A stretch of DNA of 64,000 bases from Escherichia coli. Lineage in GTDB: Bacteria > Pseudomonadota > Gammaproteobacteria > Enterobacterales > Enterobacteriaceae. Of this stretch, positions 61,426-64,000 are shown piece by piece. Within the stretch, counting starts at the first letter, position 1. Each line of letters opens with the position of its first letter. Under the pieces are notes generated by a model. It was not told where the DNA came from. It made no database searches and was given only the letters and a program-made list of their open reading frames with translations. The stretch lies in assembly GCF_003018235.1 (NCBI RefSeq), contig NZ_CP027437.1. One strand, given 5' to 3'. The translations under genes were made by a program, and so were the position numbers.

Positions 61426-64000
61426 TTAGTCAAACTCCAGTTCCACCTGCTCCGAACCAATGAGGCCACGGAGATCGTTTAATAAACGATCGCTCGGAGA
61501 GACACGCCACGTCGCGCCAAAACGCAACCGCGCGCGTGCATCCGCCCTCTGATAGTAGAGATGTACTGGAATTGTCCCAGAGCGGTGGGGTTCCAGAGAC
61601 TGACGGAGTCGGTTTAAAAGCTGGTCATCAATTTGCCTGTCCGTCAGCGAGATAGCAAGCCCGCGAGCATATTTTTCCCGGGCTTCGTCAATATCCATCA
61701 CTTCGCGAGCGGTCATTTTAAGCCCACCGCTGAAGTCATCAAAGCTGACCTGTCCGCTGACGATAAGTATGCGGTCTTTTTCCAGCAATTGCTGGTATTT
61801 ATCCAGGGCGTCAGTAAACAACATCACTTCCAGCCGCCCGGAACGGTCATCCAGCGTGCAGAGACCGATACGATTGCCGCGCTTGGTGACCATAACCCGC
61901 GCGGCAACAACGAGCCCCGCAGCCGTGATGACTTTACCACGTTCTGTCGGGTGCATGTCTTTCAGCCTTACGCCTCCGACATAACGCTCAATCTCTTTTA
62001 AATACTGATTGATAGGGTGTCCCGTCAGGTACAGACCTAACGTTTCACGTTCCCCATCTAATACCACCTGCTCCGGCCACGGTTGGCAGCTGGCGTAGGA
62101 TTGTTCAATTTGTTCCGGCTCTTCGGCCAGCACACCGAACATATCGGCCTGACCGATAGCTTCCGCTTTCGCGTGTTGATCTGCCGCTTTTAACGCATCG
62201 CCCAGCGAGTTCATCAGCGCCGCGCGGTGTGGCCCAAGACGGTCAAACGCCCCGGACATGATCAGTTTTTCCAGCACCCGCCGGTTTAACTTTTTGGTGT
62301 CGGTACGGGCGCAGAGATCAAACAGTTCGCGGAAGTAGCCGCCTTTATTACGGGCTTCGATGATCGCCTCAATCGGACCTTCACCGACCCCTTTGATCGC
62401 GCCAATACCATACACGATTTCGCCGTCGTCGTTGACGTGGAAATGGTAAAGACCGGAGTTTATATCCGGCGGCAGGATTTTCAGCCCCATCCGCCAGCAC
62501 TCATCCACCAGGCCCACCACCTTCTCGGTATTGTCCATATCGGCGGTCATTACCGCCGCCATAAACTCCGCCGGATAGTGCGCTTTCAGCCATAACGTTT
62601 GATATGACACCAAAGCATAGGCCGCAGAGTGCGATTTGTTAAATCCGTAACCAGCGAATTTCTCCACCAGGTCGAAGATTTTCATCGCCAGTTCGGCGTT
62701 GATTCCGTTCTTTTCTGCACCTTCAGCAAATACAGAACGCTGCTTAGCCATCTCTTCCGGCTTTTTCTTACCCATCGCACGACGCAGCATATCCGCGCCA
62801 CCGAGGGTATAACCAGAAAGCACCTGGGCAATCTGCATGACCTGTTCCTGATACAGGATGATGCCGTAGGTTGGCTCCAGTACCGGTTTCAGGCTTTCAT
62901 GCTGCCACTGCACGTCCGGATAGGAGATCTCTTCGCGACCATGTTTACGGTCGATAAAGTTATCCACCATCCCTGATTGCAACGGGCCGGGGCGGAACAG
63001 TGCCACAAGTGCGATCATATCTTCGAAGCAGTCAGGTTGCAGACGCTTGATCAGGTCCTTCATGCCGCGCGATTCAAGCTGGAATACCGCCGTGGTTTCC
63101 GAGCGTTGCAGCATGTCGAAGCTTTTCTTGTCATCCAGCGGGATCGCGGCGATATCCAGCGGCGGCTCGCCATTCTTCGCCCGCCGCTTGTTGATCATCT
63201 CCAGCGCCCAGTTGATGATGGTGAGCGTACGCAAACCGAGGAAGTCGAACTTCACCAGCCCGGCGTATTCAACGTCGCTTTTATCAAACTGGGTGACCGG
63301 ATGTTTGCCCTCTTCATCGCAGTAAAGCGGCGCAAAATCGGTAATTTTGGTCGGTGCGATAACCACCCCACCGGCGTGCTTACCGGCGTTACGGGTGACC
63401 CCTTCCAGTTTGCGCGCCATGTCGATCAGCGCCTTAACTTCTTCATCCGCTTCGTAGATTTCCGGCAGCTGCGGCTCGGCTTCAAACGCTTTTGCCAGCG
63501 TCATCCCCGGATCGGGCGGGATCAGTTTCGAGATACGGTCGACAAAGCCGTACGGATGCCCCAGCACGCGGCCTACGTCGCGGATCACCGCTTTCGCCGC
63601 CATCGTACCGAAGGTGATAATCTGCGATACCGCATCACGACCGTACATGTCCGCTACGTGCTCGATAACCTGGTCGCGTTTCTCCATACAGAAGTCAACG
63701 TCGAAGTCAGGCATGGAGACACGTTCCGGGTTAAGGAAACGTTCGAACAGCAGGTCAAATTCCAGCGGATCGAGGTCGGTGATTTTCAGCGCGTAGGCCA
63801 CCAGTGAACCCGCACCGGAGCCACGGCCTGGCCCTACCGGTACGCCGTTATCTTTCGACCACTGGATAAATTCCATAACGATGAGGAAGTAACCCGGGAA
63901 GCCCATCTGGTTGATAACCTGAAGTTCAGTCTCCAGACGCTCGTCATATTCTGGGCGGCGCTTCAGACGTTCTTCCTCGTCAGGGAATAAAAAGGCCAGA
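61426..64000 (-). CDS. dnaE: DNA polymerase III alpha subunit. Only the C-terminal roughly 858 codons are here; the 5' end lies beyond the window.
   Basis: The frame is open to the window edge. The sequence matches the DnaE fingers, beta-binding, OB and tau-binding regions, ending ...EQVELEFD. Confidence 0.96.
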   Translation of the reverse strand, partial: LAFLFPDEEERLKRRPEYDERLETELQVINQMGFPGYFLIVMEFIQWSKDNGVPVGPGRGSGAGSLVAYALKITDLDPLEFDLLFERFLNPERVSMPDFDVDFCMEKRDQVIEHVADMYGRDAVSQIITFGTMAAKAVIRDVGRVLGHPYGFVDRISKLIPPDPGMTLAKAFEAEPQLPEIYEADEEVKALIDMARKLEGVTRNAGKHAGGVVIAPTKITDFAPLYCDEEGKHPVTQFDKSDVEYAGLVKFDFLGLRTLTIINWALEMINKRRAKNGEPPLDIAAIPLDDKKSFDMLQRSETTAVFQLESRGMKDLIKRLQPDCFEDMIALVALFRPGPLQSGMVDNFIDRKHGREEISYPDVQWQHESLKPVLEPTYGIILYQEQVMQIAQVLSGYTLGGADMLRRAMGKKKPEEMAKQRSVFAEGAEKNGINAELAMKIFDLVEKFAGYGFNKSHSAAYALVSYQTLWLKAHYPAEFMAAVMTADMDNTEKVVGLVDECWRMGLKILPPDINSGLYHFHVNDDGEIVYGIGAIKGVGEGPIEAIIEARNKGGYFRELFDLCARTDTKKLNRRVLEKLIMSGAFDRLGPHRAALMNSLGDALKAADQHAKAEAIGQADMFGVLAEEPEQIEQSYASCQPWPEQVVLDGERETLGLYLTGHPINQYLKEIERYVGGVRLKDMHPTERGKVITAAGLVVAARVMVTKRGNRIGLCTLDDRSGRLEVMLFTDALDKYQQLLEKDRILIVSGQVSFDDFSGGLKMTAREVMDIDEAREKYARGLAISLTDRQIDDQLLNRLRQSLEPHRSGTIPVHLYYQRADARARLRFGATWRVSPSDRLLNDLRGLIGSEQVELEFD

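Noticed and set aside
58439-63807. Long antisense ORFs opposite ldcC (59258-60160, 300 aa), accA (60547-61482, 311 aa) and dnaE (62977-63807, 276 aa)
   Set aside because: They are shadow ORFs of highly conserved housekeeping genes. Their translations are Arg/His/Phe-rich with no domain signatures.

Overview
The window is Escherichia coli-type chromosome. All calls come from reading the ORF translations and the DNA by eye, with no database search.

Right part (about 32.8-64 kb): ordinary core genome. It is colinear with, but inverted relative to, the K-12 interval dnaE-accA-ldcC-yaeR-tilS-rof-yaeP-yaeQ-arfB-nlpE-yaeF-proS-tsaA-rcsF-metQIN-gmhB-rrnH(16S-tRNAIle-tRNAAla-23S-5S-tRNAAsp)-dkgB-yafC-yafD-yafE-mltD-gloB-yafS-rnhA-dnaQ-aspV. 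The only obvious lesion is a 1-nt frameshift in dkgB.

Left part (1-32.7 kb): an accessory island abutting the 3' side of tRNA-Asp (aspV). It carries a complete type VI secretion system (T6SS) with Salmonella SPI-6-like gene order.
- One operon on the + strand: tagH-like, tagJ, tssE, tssF, tssG, tssA.
- One roughly 25-kb operon on the - strand: clpV, tssB, tssC, hcp, tssJ, tssK, tssL(OmpA fusion), tssM, tagF, vgrG, eagR, PAAR-Rhs.

AT-rich toxin/immunity cassettes are inserted between the conserved GC-richer core genes.
- Two belong to families I recognise: Tae4/Tai4 and Tlde1/Tldi1.
- Four are not assignable to named T6SS effector families from sequence alone:
  - an M15/LAS-type zinc peptidase plus a secreted 96-aa partner, located between clpV and tssB;
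  - a 244-aa HELGH metallopeptidase plus a signal-peptide partner, upstream of vgrG;
  - a VgrG with a C-terminal aspzincin-like (M35-like) HEMSH domain, plus a downstream beta-rich ORF with no signal peptide;
  - an Rhs C-terminal toxin of unclassified fold, plus an AT-rich immunity ORF.

An orphan rhs fragment follows and runs off the window.

clpV carries an apparent in-frame internal deletion that removes the end of D1 and essentially all of D2. This raises the question of whether the heavily armed system still fires.

No CRISPR array, IS element, integrase or prophage gene was seen.
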